In this document: positions 29,056 through 38,302 of the stretch, piece by piece | Layout: each line of letters opens with the position of its first letter | Position numbering within the stretch: the first letter of the stretch is position 1 | NCBI GenBank assembly: GCA_965112635.1 | Contig: OZ218778.1 | Span: 832,001-896,000 of the forward strand | Direction: 5' to 3' | DNA from: an uncultured bacterium | GTDB taxonomy: Bacteria > Oederibacteriota > Oederibacteriia > Oederibacteriales > Oederibacteriaceae | Length of the DNA: 64,000 nt | Made by a program: the position numbers and the translations under genes | Notes under the pieces: model-generated | What the model was told of the DNA's origin: nothing | What the model saw: the letters and a program-made list of their open reading frames with translations, nothing else | Database searches by the model: none

Positions 29056-29298
29056 TTTCCCAATTTTTCCGCTGACGATTAGCCTCTAAAAATCTTAACC
29101 ATTCAATGTTCCCATTTTCTCATTTGCACACTTGTTCAAATGTGCAAATGACAATCCGGGGAGATGGGTGATTTGACAGAGGGGGGATGGGGGAGGAAAA
29201 TCAAGATATTGCTTCTAGGTTGTGCGGGTAAGGGTAATGCAAGAAGCAAGACACGGCACCTTTTTGCAAAGATTGAAATAAGACGGAAGGAAACAATA

Positions 29299-30882
29299 TT
29301 GAATATTAATGATATTTTTTCAGGGATGATAATATTAGTTTCCTTAGTCACCATAATACGTTGTTTCCGTTTATCCTACCAGGTCTACCGCGCATGGATC
29401 TTTCAGTCTTCATTAGTTTTGATCGTTACGGTCATTCTGAGATTTTTTGCTCCGGATGTCGCAGGTTTTGTAGGTGCCACTTTATGGTTTCTCCTTATCA
29501 TGACACCCTCCTTGTTAATGCAGTATGCCCATCGGCTCACTTTAAAACAAAATTATAAAGGGGCTTATTTTATCGCCCGTGCCATCAGCCTGATAATTCC
29601 TGAAAAAAACACTAGGGTAGGCGCGGAAATGTTGCAGGCAGAGGTCTATTTACAAACCGGGCTTCCTGAACAGGCTCTGGAGATATTTAAAAAGTACAGC
29701 GATCCTTCCACCTACAGCGGTCGTTCGGCTATAGTTGGCGTTTTTCGTTCGCAAAACCAATGGGCTGAAATGGAGCAATGGACCGAAAGCATCCTTGAGA
29801 AGGAGGATGTCCAAAAAGACCCAGCACTGGTGACGTATCATCTAAGGGCTTTGGGAGAAACAGGCAAGTTTGCTCTGCTCTTACAAACCTATCACCGTTT
29901 CAAGGCCTTATTGGCCAAGACCAACCCGGCTACATTTAAAAATTACAGCAGGATGTATATTTTCAGTTTTACTGGAAGGAAGGAAGAGCTAGAAAAAATG
30001 TTTCAGGGTCCGTTGTTGGAATTACCCTCTGCTTATAAACAGTTCTGGCTGGCAACGGCAGAGTTCGCCCTGGGTCATGATCAGGTGGCACGGACGATGC
30101 TGGAGGGCATCAAAGATAAAGTCGATCCTTTTGTCCGTGCCGGAGTTGAAAAAAGATTGTCTTCTCCTCCAGCCGCTGCAGCGAACACCATTGGCTCAGA
30201 CACTCGCCAGTTGATAGATGACATGGTAAAGGAGATGGAGCAGGAAAAAAAATACGGGATCGGGCCGACTGTGGGAATGAAAAACGCACCAATCACAAAA
30301 ATCCTGGTTGGTTTGATTCTCATGGTATTCATTGCCGAGGAATATTTTGGCGGGAGCACCAATAGTGGAGTGCTTTATTTTCTAGGTGCCTTTGTGCCGG
30401 AAACGGTCCTGGCAGGGCAATGGTGGAGGGTTCTAGCCTCTCTTTTCCTGCATTACGGCTATATTCATCTTATTTTTAATCTAGTGGCATTGATGATATT
30501 TGGCCCCTTTTTGGAAAAGTCTTTAGGAAAGATTAAGTACTTACTGGTTTATTTTGTATCCGGAATTTTAGGCATGATGGTTATACTACCCCTGACCATG
30601 TGGAATATGGTGGATTCGTACATGGCTATTGGGGCATCAGGGTGCATCATGGGGGTTGTGGGGGCCACCGCGGCCATTCAGCTTAAAGGATGGCTCTCTG
30701 AAAAAGCCCTGACTGCTTATAACAGGTTGATCCCTTTGCTTTCTATTGTGGTTTTGCAGGCGGCTTTTGACCTATTCTATCTTAAAGGAAGTTTCCTGAT
30801 CCATTTATCAGGTGCCCTGGTGGGTTTTCTAATAACTCCCATTTTGACAGCCAAAATATTTTCTTTAAAGAGAAGAACGTAA
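29299..30882 (+). CDS. Rhomboid family intramembrane serine protease with N-terminal TM and TPR-like region
   Basis: WWRV...FLH...HLIFN, catalytic GASG and HLSG. TTG start placed after GGAAGGA. Confidence 0.88.
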   Translation: MNINDIFSGMIILVSLVTIIRCFRLSYQVYRAWIFQSSLVLIVTVILRFFAPDVAGFVGATLWFLLIMTPSLLMQYAHRLTLKQNYKGAYFIARAISLIIPEKNTRVGAEMLQAEVYLQTGLPEQALEIFKKYSDPSTYSGRSAIVGVFRSQNQWAEMEQWTESILEKEDVQKDPALVTYHLRALGETGKFALLLQTYHRFKALLAKTNPATFKNYSRMYIFSFTGRKEELEKMFQGPLLELPSAYKQFWLATAEFALGHDQVARTMLEGIKDKVDPFVRAGVEKRLSSPPAAAANTIGSDTRQLIDDMVKEMEQEKKYGIGPTVGMKNAPITKILVGLILMVFIAEEYFGGSTNSGVLYFLGAFVPETVLAGQWWRVLASLFLHYGYIHLIFNLVALMIFGPFLEKSLGKIKYLLVYFVSGILGMMVILPLTMWNMVDSYMAIGASGCIMGVVGATAAIQLKGWLSEKALTAYNRLIPLLSIVVLQAAFDLFYLKGSFLIHLSGALVGFLITPILTAKIFSLKRRT

Positions 30883-30898
30883 ATCCCTCTGCAAACAC

Positions 30899-31492
30899 AT
30901 GCGCGGTGCCCAAGATGGAAAGGATGAATATATGGTATGTCCGTGGTGGTTGGGGTATTCGCTGCTGACCCCATTCCGGCGCTGGATACAGAGGCAGGAC
31001 CCTGCCAAAATGCTCAGTCCTTATGTGACCTCCGGGATGACCGTGCTGGAACCAGGGCCGGGGATGGGGTATTTGACCCTGGACTTGGCGAAGTTGGTGG
31101 GGGAGCAGGGCCGGGTGATAGCTGTGGATTTGCAGGCCAAGATGCTGGAAAGACTCGAAAAGCGAGCCCAAAAAGCCGGGCTGGCGAAGCGTATCGAGTT
31201 CAGGCAGGCCAAATCAGGGGCTGAGCTGGGCATCGAGGATATCCGGGTCAGGGCCGATTTTATGGTAGTTTTTTACATGGCTCATGAGGTTGCTGACCAG
31301 GAACGTTTTTTTAAAGACCTGTTCCAGGCTGGGAAACCGGGTTGCAAGCTCTTGCTGGTCGAGCCGCCTTTTCATGTCAAAAAGAAGGATTTTGAGGTTA
31401 CCCTGCAAAAAGCCCAGTCTTGCGGGTTCCAGTTGGCTGAGCGCCTGTCCATTCCCAGCAGTTATTCCGCCCTCCTAGTTAAACCCCGCTAA
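30899..31492 (+). CDS. Class I SAM-dependent methyltransferase (UbiE-like)
   Basis: VCPWW, VLEPGPGMG, VIAVDLQAKML, HEV. The start may be at MVCPWW. Confidence 0.85.
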   Translation: MRGAQDGKDEYMVCPWWLGYSLLTPFRRWIQRQDPAKMLSPYVTSGMTVLEPGPGMGYLTLDLAKLVGEQGRVIAVDLQAKMLERLEKRAQKAGLAKRIEFRQAKSGAELGIEDIRVRADFMVVFYMAHEVADQERFFKDLFQAGKPGCKLLLVEPPFHVKKKDFEVTLQKAQSCGFQLAERLSIPSSYSALLVKPR

Positions 31493-31548
31493 AAACAATT
31501 ATTTGACAAATTGGACTAAGCAGGCCTATGCTTCCAAAGGAGGAAAAA

Positions 31549-31896
31549 ATGAAAAGTAACAGGGCAAAAGGACTGTTCCAATCAAGTTTAAAAGAGGCTG
31601 TTAAATACGCGCAAGGCAAGAGTGCCAAGGTAAAAGTTAAAACCCTGCTTGTACGCACTACGGGAGAAGATATAAAGGAGGCAAGGCATATCTTGAAAGT
31701 TTCCCAGCCTCAATTCGCCCGTTTAATGGTGGTAAGCCCGGAGACTGTAAAAAAATGGGAGCAAGGGAAAAACCCAATACCGGCAGCGGTGGGCTATTGG
31801 GCGGAAGGGTTAAAAACCCATCCCTCTCAAACAAAACGGCTTTTGTATGAAATGACCAGCAAATTGACAGGACTGGCTCATTCAGCAGGGCATTAG
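31549..31896 (+). CDS. XRE-family HTH protein, HigA-like antitoxin without a toxin
   Basis: LFQSSLKEAVKYAQG, IKEAR...SQPQFARLMVVSPETVKKWEQGKNP; RBS AAGGAGG; TTGACA...TATGCT promoter at about 31503-31532. Confidence 0.78.
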   Translation: MKSNRAKGLFQSSLKEAVKYAQGKSAKVKVKTLLVRTTGEDIKEARHILKVSQPQFARLMVVSPETVKKWEQGKNPIPAAVGYWAEGLKTHPSQTKRLLYEMTSKLTGLAHSAGH

Positions 31897-32210
31897 TTAG
31901 ACCCCCACGGCTATCCCCACACCTTCACGTCCTTACGTCATTAATGACGCCTGCACTCGAATATATAAGGATTTTTTGGCGACAATGGCCAAAAACCATT
32001 ATTTTATAAGGGGAAAATCATTTTAGGGTAGGGTGCTGAGGGTTGTTTATAACTTCGACACGAAGCCAGCGGACTCGAGGCTTCGTTATTAGGGTATAAG
32101 TTAGTTCCCCATGTTTTGGGTTAGGGTATAAATATCTTTATTTCACCAGCACAAAACAAGGCATAAAAAGTTCGTGTAAAATATTAGGGCATATTCCTAT
32201 GCCATAATTT

Positions 32211-32447
32211 CTACTGGGCTAGGGCGTTCATCCTTATATTTTTCAGGTTTTCTTCGATCCTGAAAATTTTATCCGCATAAACGGTTTTATTGATGTCGAA
32301 CACGACCGGGATGCGTCCTTCGTCGTCCAAGTCCAGCAAAAGATCCTGCAGTTGGGTCATCTGGGATTTGATGCTTTCCAGGACTATCTGCTGAAAATTA
32401 GGACTTTTGGAAATACTCTTAATAATCACCAAATTATCCATATCCAT
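32211..32447 (-). CDS. Small hypothetical protein (78 aa) with its own Pho-box-like promoter
   Basis: Perfect SD GGAGGTG before MDMDNL; helical-looking sequence. Confidence 0.7.
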   Translation of the reverse strand: MDMDNLVIIKSISKSPNFQQIVLESIKSQMTQLQDLLLDLDDEGRIPVVFDINKTVYADKIFRIEENLKNIRMNALAQ

Positions 32448-32473
32448 TGTTTTCACCTCCTTCATTTATAGCA

Positions 32474-32527
32474 ACTATAGGCCGGGGAGGTTAGGGTTGG
32501 TTGAGGGAAAGGTTAGATTGTTGTAAA
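32474..32527 (-). promoter_or_regulatory. Pho-box-like array plus -10 element upstream of the 78-aa ORF
   Basis: The - strand reads TTTAC-aacaat-CTAAC-ctttcc-CTCAA-ccaacc-CTAAC, then TATAGT. Confidence 0.7.
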
Positions 32528-32561
32528 AAATCCAGGTTTTATAAGGTGTTTTTTAAGCAGA

Positions 32562-34334
32562 TCAAAGGGTTTTGGGCAGGTGGATGAAAAAAGTGCTTCC
32601 CTGTCCAGGGGTGCTTTCCACCGAGACCGTGCCTTTGTGCGCCTGGACAATGTGTTTGACAATGGCCAGCCCCAGGCCGGTGCCGCCCAGTTTCCTGCTC
32701 CGGGCCTTATCCACCCTGTAAAACCGTTCAAATAGATGAGGAAGGTGGGCTGACTCGATGCCTATCCCGCGGTCGCGAACACTGATCAATATCTCCGAGA
32801 CAGTATCCCTGGCCTCCAGTTCGATCCGGGATTCAGGGCCGCTGTATTTGATGGCGTTATCCAAAAGATTGACCACGGCCTGCTCCAGGAGCGGGGCGTT
32901 GATGCCGGCTTCCAGGTCGTCCGGGCATTCCAGTTTTACGGCCACTTTTTGCTCTTTGGCCTTGGTTTCACAAACAGCTTTGGCGGATTCCAGCACCCTT
33001 TTGACCGGAGCATTGACCAGGGGGAGCTGGTCTTTTTGGGATTCCTGTTCGATGCGGGAAAGGTTCAAAAGGTCTTCCACGATGGAGTTCAAGCGGTCTG
33101 ACTGCTTGGCCAAAATATCCAGGAAACGGCCGGCTTCCTGGGGATCGGCCAGGGCGCCTTCCCGCAGGGTCTCCACAAAACCTTTGATGGAAGTGATGGG
33201 GGTTTTGAGCTCGTGGGAGACATTGGCCACGAACTCCTGGCGCATGGTCTCCAGTTTTTTCAGGCGGGTGATGTCGTTCAAAACCACCAGGGCTCCCATA
33301 TCCCGGCCCTGGGCATCCGAGAGCCGCGTGCCATGGCCCTGCAGGACCATATTTTTTTCAAAAAGGGATATTTCATCCTCCGCGGGCAGATTGCTCTTGA
33401 GGGTTTTTTCCACAAAACGGCCAAAATCGGGATTGCGTATTATTTCAGGAAGAGTGGCTGATTGAAAATCGACCGGGCCTATGTCAAAAAGTTCCCGGGC
33501 CGCTTTGTTCACCATCAGGATATGGTTGTGATGGTCCACGGCCACCACGGCCTCGGCCATGCTGGATAACAGCGCTTCCTGTTCCCCTTTTTTTTGGGCG
33601 AGAGCCTGGATGCGGTCCTGCAGCTCCTGCGCCATTTTGTTCATATCCTGGGCCAGGCTGTGGACCTCGGCGATCTTGAAAGAAGGAAGACGGTAGGAAA
33701 GGTCGCCCTGGGCAAAATGCCGGGCCCCCTGCTGGATCTCCTGCAGGGGCTGGGCGATCTTTTGGGAAACTCTGAGGCCCACCAGGGCCGCCAGGGCAGC
33801 CACGACAAGGAAGGTCAAAATGATCTTGAGCTGGATGGAATGGATGGCCTTGTCCAAGTCTCGGACATGCCGGGAGGTGCGGATGATGCCGACGACTTTA
33901 TCGTCTTTCATCAAAGGCAAAGCGGCGTACATCATGGTCTGGTGCACTGTTTTGCTGAAGCGCAGAGAATGACCTGTGTGGCCGGCCAGGGCTTCCATGA
34001 TTTCCGGCCTGGTCGCGTGGTTGTCCATGATCCTGGGATCCTCTTCAGAATCCCCCAGTACCTTGCCTGTGGGCAGGATCACGGTGACGCGGGTGCCGGT
34101 AGACTGGCCGATCTGTTTGCAGAGGATGTCCAAAAATTTCGCGTGGGCGGTGTCGAGCTTGGCGGAGACCTGATAGGAGATGATGCGGCTGCTGTTCTCC
34201 AGCTCCAAGGTCACCCGTTCCAAGAATAACCGGCTCAAAGCGGCAGAGGTGAACCAGGCCAGGACCAACAGGCTGATGAGGATAAGGACCAGGTAGGTCG
34301 GGTAAAGCTGCCAGATAAAATGTTTTTTACGCAC
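32562..34334 (-). CDS. phoR: Phosphate regulon sensor histidine kinase (Cache-like, HAMP, PAS, HisKA, HATPase)
   Basis: MDNHATRPEI, RQEFVANVSHELKTPITSIKGFVETL, NLLDNAIKYS, FERFYRVDKARSR..GGTGLGL. Confidence 0.93.
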   Translation of the reverse strand: MRKKHFIWQLYPTYLVLILISLLVLAWFTSAALSRLFLERVTLELENSSRIISYQVSAKLDTAHAKFLDILCKQIGQSTGTRVTVILPTGKVLGDSEEDPRIMDNHATRPEIMEALAGHTGHSLRFSKTVHQTMMYAALPLMKDDKVVGIIRTSRHVRDLDKAIHSIQLKIILTFLVVAALAALVGLRVSQKIAQPLQEIQQGARHFAQGDLSYRLPSFKIAEVHSLAQDMNKMAQELQDRIQALAQKKGEQEALLSSMAEAVVAVDHHNHILMVNKAARELFDIGPVDFQSATLPEIIRNPDFGRFVEKTLKSNLPAEDEISLFEKNMVLQGHGTRLSDAQGRDMGALVVLNDITRLKKLETMRQEFVANVSHELKTPITSIKGFVETLREGALADPQEAGRFLDILAKQSDRLNSIVEDLLNLSRIEQESQKDQLPLVNAPVKRVLESAKAVCETKAKEQKVAVKLECPDDLEAGINAPLLEQAVVNLLDNAIKYSGPESRIELEARDTVSEILISVRDRGIGIESAHLPHLFERFYRVDKARSRKLGGTGLGLAIVKHIVQAHKGTVSVESTPGQGSTFFIHLPKTL

Positions 34335-34337
34335 GGG

Positions 34338-35033
34338 TCAGTCCTTTAATTTATAGCCGATGCCCCTGACCGTCTCGATCAATTTGCCTGAGGAGCCCAG
34401 TTTTTTCCTAAGGCCGACGATCTGGACATCCACGGACCTTTCCGTGACCGCGTAATCCGCGCCTTTGACCCCGTCCACGATCTGGTAGCGCGTAAAAACA
34501 CGGCCGGGCCGGCGGGCAAAATACTCCAGGAGCTTGAACTCGGTGAAGGTCAGGTCGATGAGTTTGTTTTTGACCATGATCTCATGGCGGGAGGGGTCGA
34601 TGACCAGGTCGTGGACTTTGACCGTGGTGGATTCCTCCGGGGAGGCAGTTGTTTTTTTCCTCCGTAATACCGCCTTGATCCTGGCCAGGAGCACGCGGGG
34701 GCTGAAAGGCTTGGTGATATAGTCGTCCGCTCCCATTTCCAGCCCGGTCACGATGTCCGCTTCCTCGCCTTTGGCGGTCACCATCATGATGCTGATACCT
34801 TTGGTTTTTGGCTCGTTTTTGAGGGTCCGGCAGATCTCCAGGCCGTCCAGGCCGGGGAGCATCAGGTCCAGGAGGATCAGATCGGGCATCTTGGTTCTGG
34901 CTGTCTGGAGAGCCGCGTCACCCGCTGTTTCGGTGAAGACCTGATACCCTTCCTTGACGACATTGTATTTCATCAATTCCAGGATATCCTCGTCGTCTTC
35001 CACGATGAATATTTTTTCTTTGGGGTCGGACAT
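34338..35033 (-). CDS. phoB: Phosphate regulon response regulator, OmpR/PhoB family
   Basis: VEDD, LLDLMLPG, GADDYITKPFS, RSVDVQIVGLRKKL, ETVRGIGY; directly upstream of phoR. Confidence 0.9.
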   Translation of the reverse strand: MSDPKEKIFIVEDDEDILELMKYNVVKEGYQVFTETAGDAALQTARTKMPDLILLDLMLPGLDGLEICRTLKNEPKTKGISIMMVTAKGEEADIVTGLEMGADDYITKPFSPRVLLARIKAVLRRKKTTASPEESTTVKVHDLVIDPSRHEIMVKNKLIDLTFTEFKLLEYFARRPGRVFTRYQIVDGVKGADYAVTERSVDVQIVGLRKKLGSSGKLIETVRGIGYKLKD

Positions 35034-35088
35034 GGTCCCTCCTGCTCATACTATTTTCACAAATCTGAGTCAATAATCCCACTGATTT

Positions 35089-35126
35089 GTTAGCCAGAAA
35101 TGAGCGGTATGTAAAATGGATGTGAC
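35089..35126 (-). promoter_or_regulatory. Pho-box-like array upstream of phoBR (autoregulation)
   Basis: The - strand reads GTCAC-atccat-TTTAC-ataccg-CTCAT-ttctgg-CTAAC (11-bp period). Confidence 0.7.
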
Positions 35127-35272
35127 AACCCCTCCTGCAAAATTTCTAATAAAGCGTTACCTTTCAGGAGGGGTTGCACCCAAACAGCAGGGTTTGGGTG
35201 CTAACCCCGTGTTCCTTATATAATATATAGGCCAACCCCTTCCTCCGGGCCATCCAGTTCAGCCAGGCTTTT

Positions 35273-35325
35273 CTTACCATTTTCTTATGCTTTCTTAATA
35301 ACCGGGAAACAGAAATTGTGATAAT
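35273..35325 (+). promoter_or_regulatory. Pho-box-like array upstream of the glycolipid synthase
   Basis: CTTAC-catttt-CTTAT-gctttc-TTAAT (11-bp period), then TGtGATAAT extended -10. Confidence 0.55.
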
Positions 35326-35395
35326 ACCTATTGAGTGACAGAGCAGAACCTGGGTTGCCATTTTCGAACAGGGGGAATAGAACATTCCACCAGTC

Positions 35396-36625
35396 ATGCG
35401 CAAAAAAATTTTCATTCTGATCACGGACAGCGGAGGCGGCCACCGGGGCACGGCCAACAGCCTTAAAGCCGCCATTGAACAGAGAGGATTGACCTGGGAC
35501 GTTCATATCATCAACGTGTTCAGGGATATCCGCATCAAGAACCATTTGGCCTATCTGATCGTCTCCCTCCTGGGAACGGTCGGAGAAAATATCTATAATT
35601 TCATCCTCAAACACGACCTGCTTTTTTGCAGCCACCTTTGCCGCAAGACCGTGCTTTTATTGGTCAAGTTATGCGAACCCCGTGTTGCCCGGATCTTTGA
35701 AAAGGTCTTTTCCAGGGAAAAGCCGGACATGGTCCTTTCGCTGATGCCTTTTATGAACGGCGTATACAGCAGGGCCCTGGCCCATGACCGGACCTATTTC
35801 GGGCTGCTCATCACCGACCTCATAGACACGCGGCCGTTCATGTGGCTCAACCCGAGAATCTGCAACCGCGCGGACGTGATCGGGGTCAGCGGCGAGGAAG
35901 CCGCGGACCAGGCCAGAAGGCAGGGCGCCGGCGACCGGGTGCTGGAATGCGGGTTGGTGATCCATCCCAACTATTTTTCCCGGGAGACCAGGGGCCTCAC
36001 TCCGGCCCAGGCGCGGCACAGGTTCGGCCTGAGCCAGGAACTGTTCACGGTCATGATCCTGATGGGAGGGTTTGGGAGCAGTATCATCGCCAGTTTCGTC
36101 AAGCAGTTCGAAAAGTCCTCCCGGCGCTGGCAGATCGTGGCCTGCTGCGGCAGGAATGAAAAGCTTTTTAAACAGATCGGCCGGATGGCTCCCAAGCTGA
36201 AAAATAAAGTGAAGGCGCTGGGTTTTTGCCGTGAACTGCCCGGTCTCATGCGCAGCGCTGATCTGATGATCACCAAGCCCGGGCCTGCCTCGATCATGGA
36301 GGCCCTGGCGGTCCAGACGCCGCTGGTCCTGGACAACTATGAGACCATGCCGCAGGAGATACCCAACGTGGATTTTGTAGTCAGGAACAAACTGGGCCTT
36401 GCCGTATTAAAAAGGAAAGAGATGTTCCAGGCCGTGAACACGCTTTTTAAAGACCCGTCCAGGCTTGAGGCATTGAGGACCAGGATGAAAGAGTACGGGC
36501 TCAGGGACGCTTCGGAACCGCTGATCAATACCATCTATGAAAAACTGTACGACAAGCCTTCCACGGAAACCCCGATTTCTTCTCCAGAAACAGACCGCCT
36601 CTGGCTGCTGCCGGACACTGTTTAA
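35396..36625 (+). CDS. MGDG synthase/UgtP-like diacylglycerol glycosyltransferase (GT28)
   Basis: DSGGGHRGTA, ITDL, MGGFGS, CGRNEKL, ITKPGPASIMEA, MPQE..N. Confidence 0.88.
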   Translation: MRKKIFILITDSGGGHRGTANSLKAAIEQRGLTWDVHIINVFRDIRIKNHLAYLIVSLLGTVGENIYNFILKHDLLFCSHLCRKTVLLLVKLCEPRVARIFEKVFSREKPDMVLSLMPFMNGVYSRALAHDRTYFGLLITDLIDTRPFMWLNPRICNRADVIGVSGEEAADQARRQGAGDRVLECGLVIHPNYFSRETRGLTPAQARHRFGLSQELFTVMILMGGFGSSIIASFVKQFEKSSRRWQIVACCGRNEKLFKQIGRMAPKLKNKVKALGFCRELPGLMRSADLMITKPGPASIMEALAVQTPLVLDNYETMPQEIPNVDFVVRNKLGLAVLKRKEMFQAVNTLFKDPSRLEALRTRMKEYGLRDASEPLINTIYEKLYDKPSTETPISSPETDRLWLLPDTV

Positions 36626-36638
36626 TTTAAAAACCCTT

Positions 36639-38048
36639 TTAGCCTTCCAGAGCAATCCCTGCCTGTGTTCTTCTGTTGCGTTCTAAAACTATTTTCCAGG
36701 CATTGTGTTTCAAGGAATTAAGGCTTTGGAAGGCTTTTAAGGAGAATTGTGCCAGGGCGGTTTTCATAGTGCCGGCGAAAAGCCTGGCCCGGCCCGGGTC
36801 AAATACGTATTCCGGATAGTGGACGGGCACCTGGGGAACAGGCAGGGAATCGGGAGTGTTTTGCCGCGGAGCATCAAGAGAGACGACACGCGTAAAGGAG
36901 CTGGCCTGGGCATCGCGCTCCGTGAGGGGCTCCAAACCGAAAATGTTCTCTATGGTGGCGGGAATGGAGGAGTGGTCGTAAATGGTCTTGTCCACAGTGC
37001 CCCGGGGGATAAGGGGAGAGATGAGGACAGCGGGGACGCGGAAACCCAGCCGGGTAAAGTCAAAATAAGGTTTTCTAGCCTGGGTTTTTTTGCCTGGGGC
37101 GGGCATATGGTCAGGAGGAAGCACATGGTCGTATAGCCCCCCGTGTTCATCGTAAACCACGGCCAACAGGCTTTGTTCCCAGGCCGGGGAACGGCGGAGG
37201 GCCTGGTAGACCTGGCTGATCAAAACCTCGCCGTAGCGGATGTCCGTGGAAAATCCTGGAAAATACGGCGGGTGCTGGTCATTGGACGGCTGGAGGATGC
37301 GGCCGGCCCTGTCCATCTGATGATGGTAACGCGGTTCAATAAAGCTGTAACTGGGAAGAGAGCCCGCTGCCGCGTCCTGAAAGAAGTTGGTGACCCCGCG
37401 GAAGCAGCTGCGGAAAAAAGCTTTTTCCCAAAGATTGACAATGGCCATGGCCTGGCAGGAGTCGTGATAGTAGATCTTCCAGGGGAGGTGCTTTTGGCTG
37501 AGGCTGTCAAAAATAGTCCTGGCCACGATGGGGTTGTCGCCCACAACACCCTGCGAGGTGGCCGCGTGGGCGAAAAAACGGTTGGGCCAGGTGGGCCCCG
37601 GTAAAGAGGAGAACCAATGGTCACAAACGGCGTATTCCCTGGCTAAGGTGTCCAGGACAGGCAGCTTTTCGGGGGAATAACATTTCATGACGTTTTCCGG
37701 ATGGGATACCTGAAACGGCCCCCCCGGCGTGCTGTAAGTCTGCCTGGCGTAATTCAGGGCAAACCCATTGTTCGGCCGGCTCTGGGGGGAGGGCTGTTTT
37801 GATTCTCCAAAAAGCTGTTCCAAAACGTCCGGAACCTCATGACCGGGGTCCATTTCCAGGTCGCCGGAATAGGAGGCGTCCCGGGAAACCTGGACGGACC
37901 GGCCGTCGGGCAAGGGATTGGATTCAGAACCGGTCAGACCCTCAATACCGGGGATGCCGGAAAAGCCGAGCATATGGTCAAAGGAGCGGTTCTCCATCAT
38001 CAAGACGACCACATGCTTGATCCTGTTCGTGTTGCCGACGCTTTTCAT
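36639..38048 (-). CDS. Phosphoesterase family protein (non-specific phospholipase C / acid phosphatase), no clear signal peptide
   Basis: IKHVVVLMMENRSFDHMLG, CDHWFSSLPGPTWPNR, YDEHGGLYDHV, LGFRVP, YDHSSI. Start placed at MKSVG after GGAGG. Confidence 0.92.
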   Translation of the reverse strand: MKSVGNTNRIKHVVVLMMENRSFDHMLGFSGIPGIEGLTGSESNPLPDGRSVQVSRDASYSGDLEMDPGHEVPDVLEQLFGESKQPSPQSRPNNGFALNYARQTYSTPGGPFQVSHPENVMKCYSPEKLPVLDTLAREYAVCDHWFSSLPGPTWPNRFFAHAATSQGVVGDNPIVARTIFDSLSQKHLPWKIYYHDSCQAMAIVNLWEKAFFRSCFRGVTNFFQDAAAGSLPSYSFIEPRYHHQMDRAGRILQPSNDQHPPYFPGFSTDIRYGEVLISQVYQALRRSPAWEQSLLAVVYDEHGGLYDHVLPPDHMPAPGKKTQARKPYFDFTRLGFRVPAVLISPLIPRGTVDKTIYDHSSIPATIENIFGLEPLTERDAQASSFTRVVSLDAPRQNTPDSLPVPQVPVHYPEYVFDPGRARLFAGTMKTALAQFSLKAFQSLNSLKHNAWKIVLERNRRTQAGIALEG

Positions 38049-38145
38049 AATCCCTCCCTTCTCTACTTGCCAGGTTTGTTTTTTTACCACTTTATATTTC
38101 GCAAGCCGTGGGAAGAGTTACCCTACACCCTTACTAAACAACTTT

Positions 38146-38188
38146 AAGTTACAAAAATTGGGTTACAGGCGTATTAAAAGAAGATGAG
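38146..38188 (-). promoter_or_regulatory. Weaker Pho-box-like array upstream of the phosphoesterase
   Basis: The - strand reads CTCAT-cttctt-TTAAT-acgcct-GTAAC, then TAACTT at the same spacing as in the other arrays. Confidence 0.5.
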
Positions 38189-38302
38189 AATTTAACGAGG
38201 GATTATTAGATGAAGAATGATATTCCACGCAAAAGGGAAGCCTGTGCGGAAAAACCTGGCGTATATCATTCCATGCCAGCTCAATTAACCGAGCAAATCC
38301 TA

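Noticed and set aside
32023-32191. Telomere-like or G-quadruplex interpretation of the TTAGGG repeats
   Set aside because: The copies are 32-66 bp apart, not tandem.
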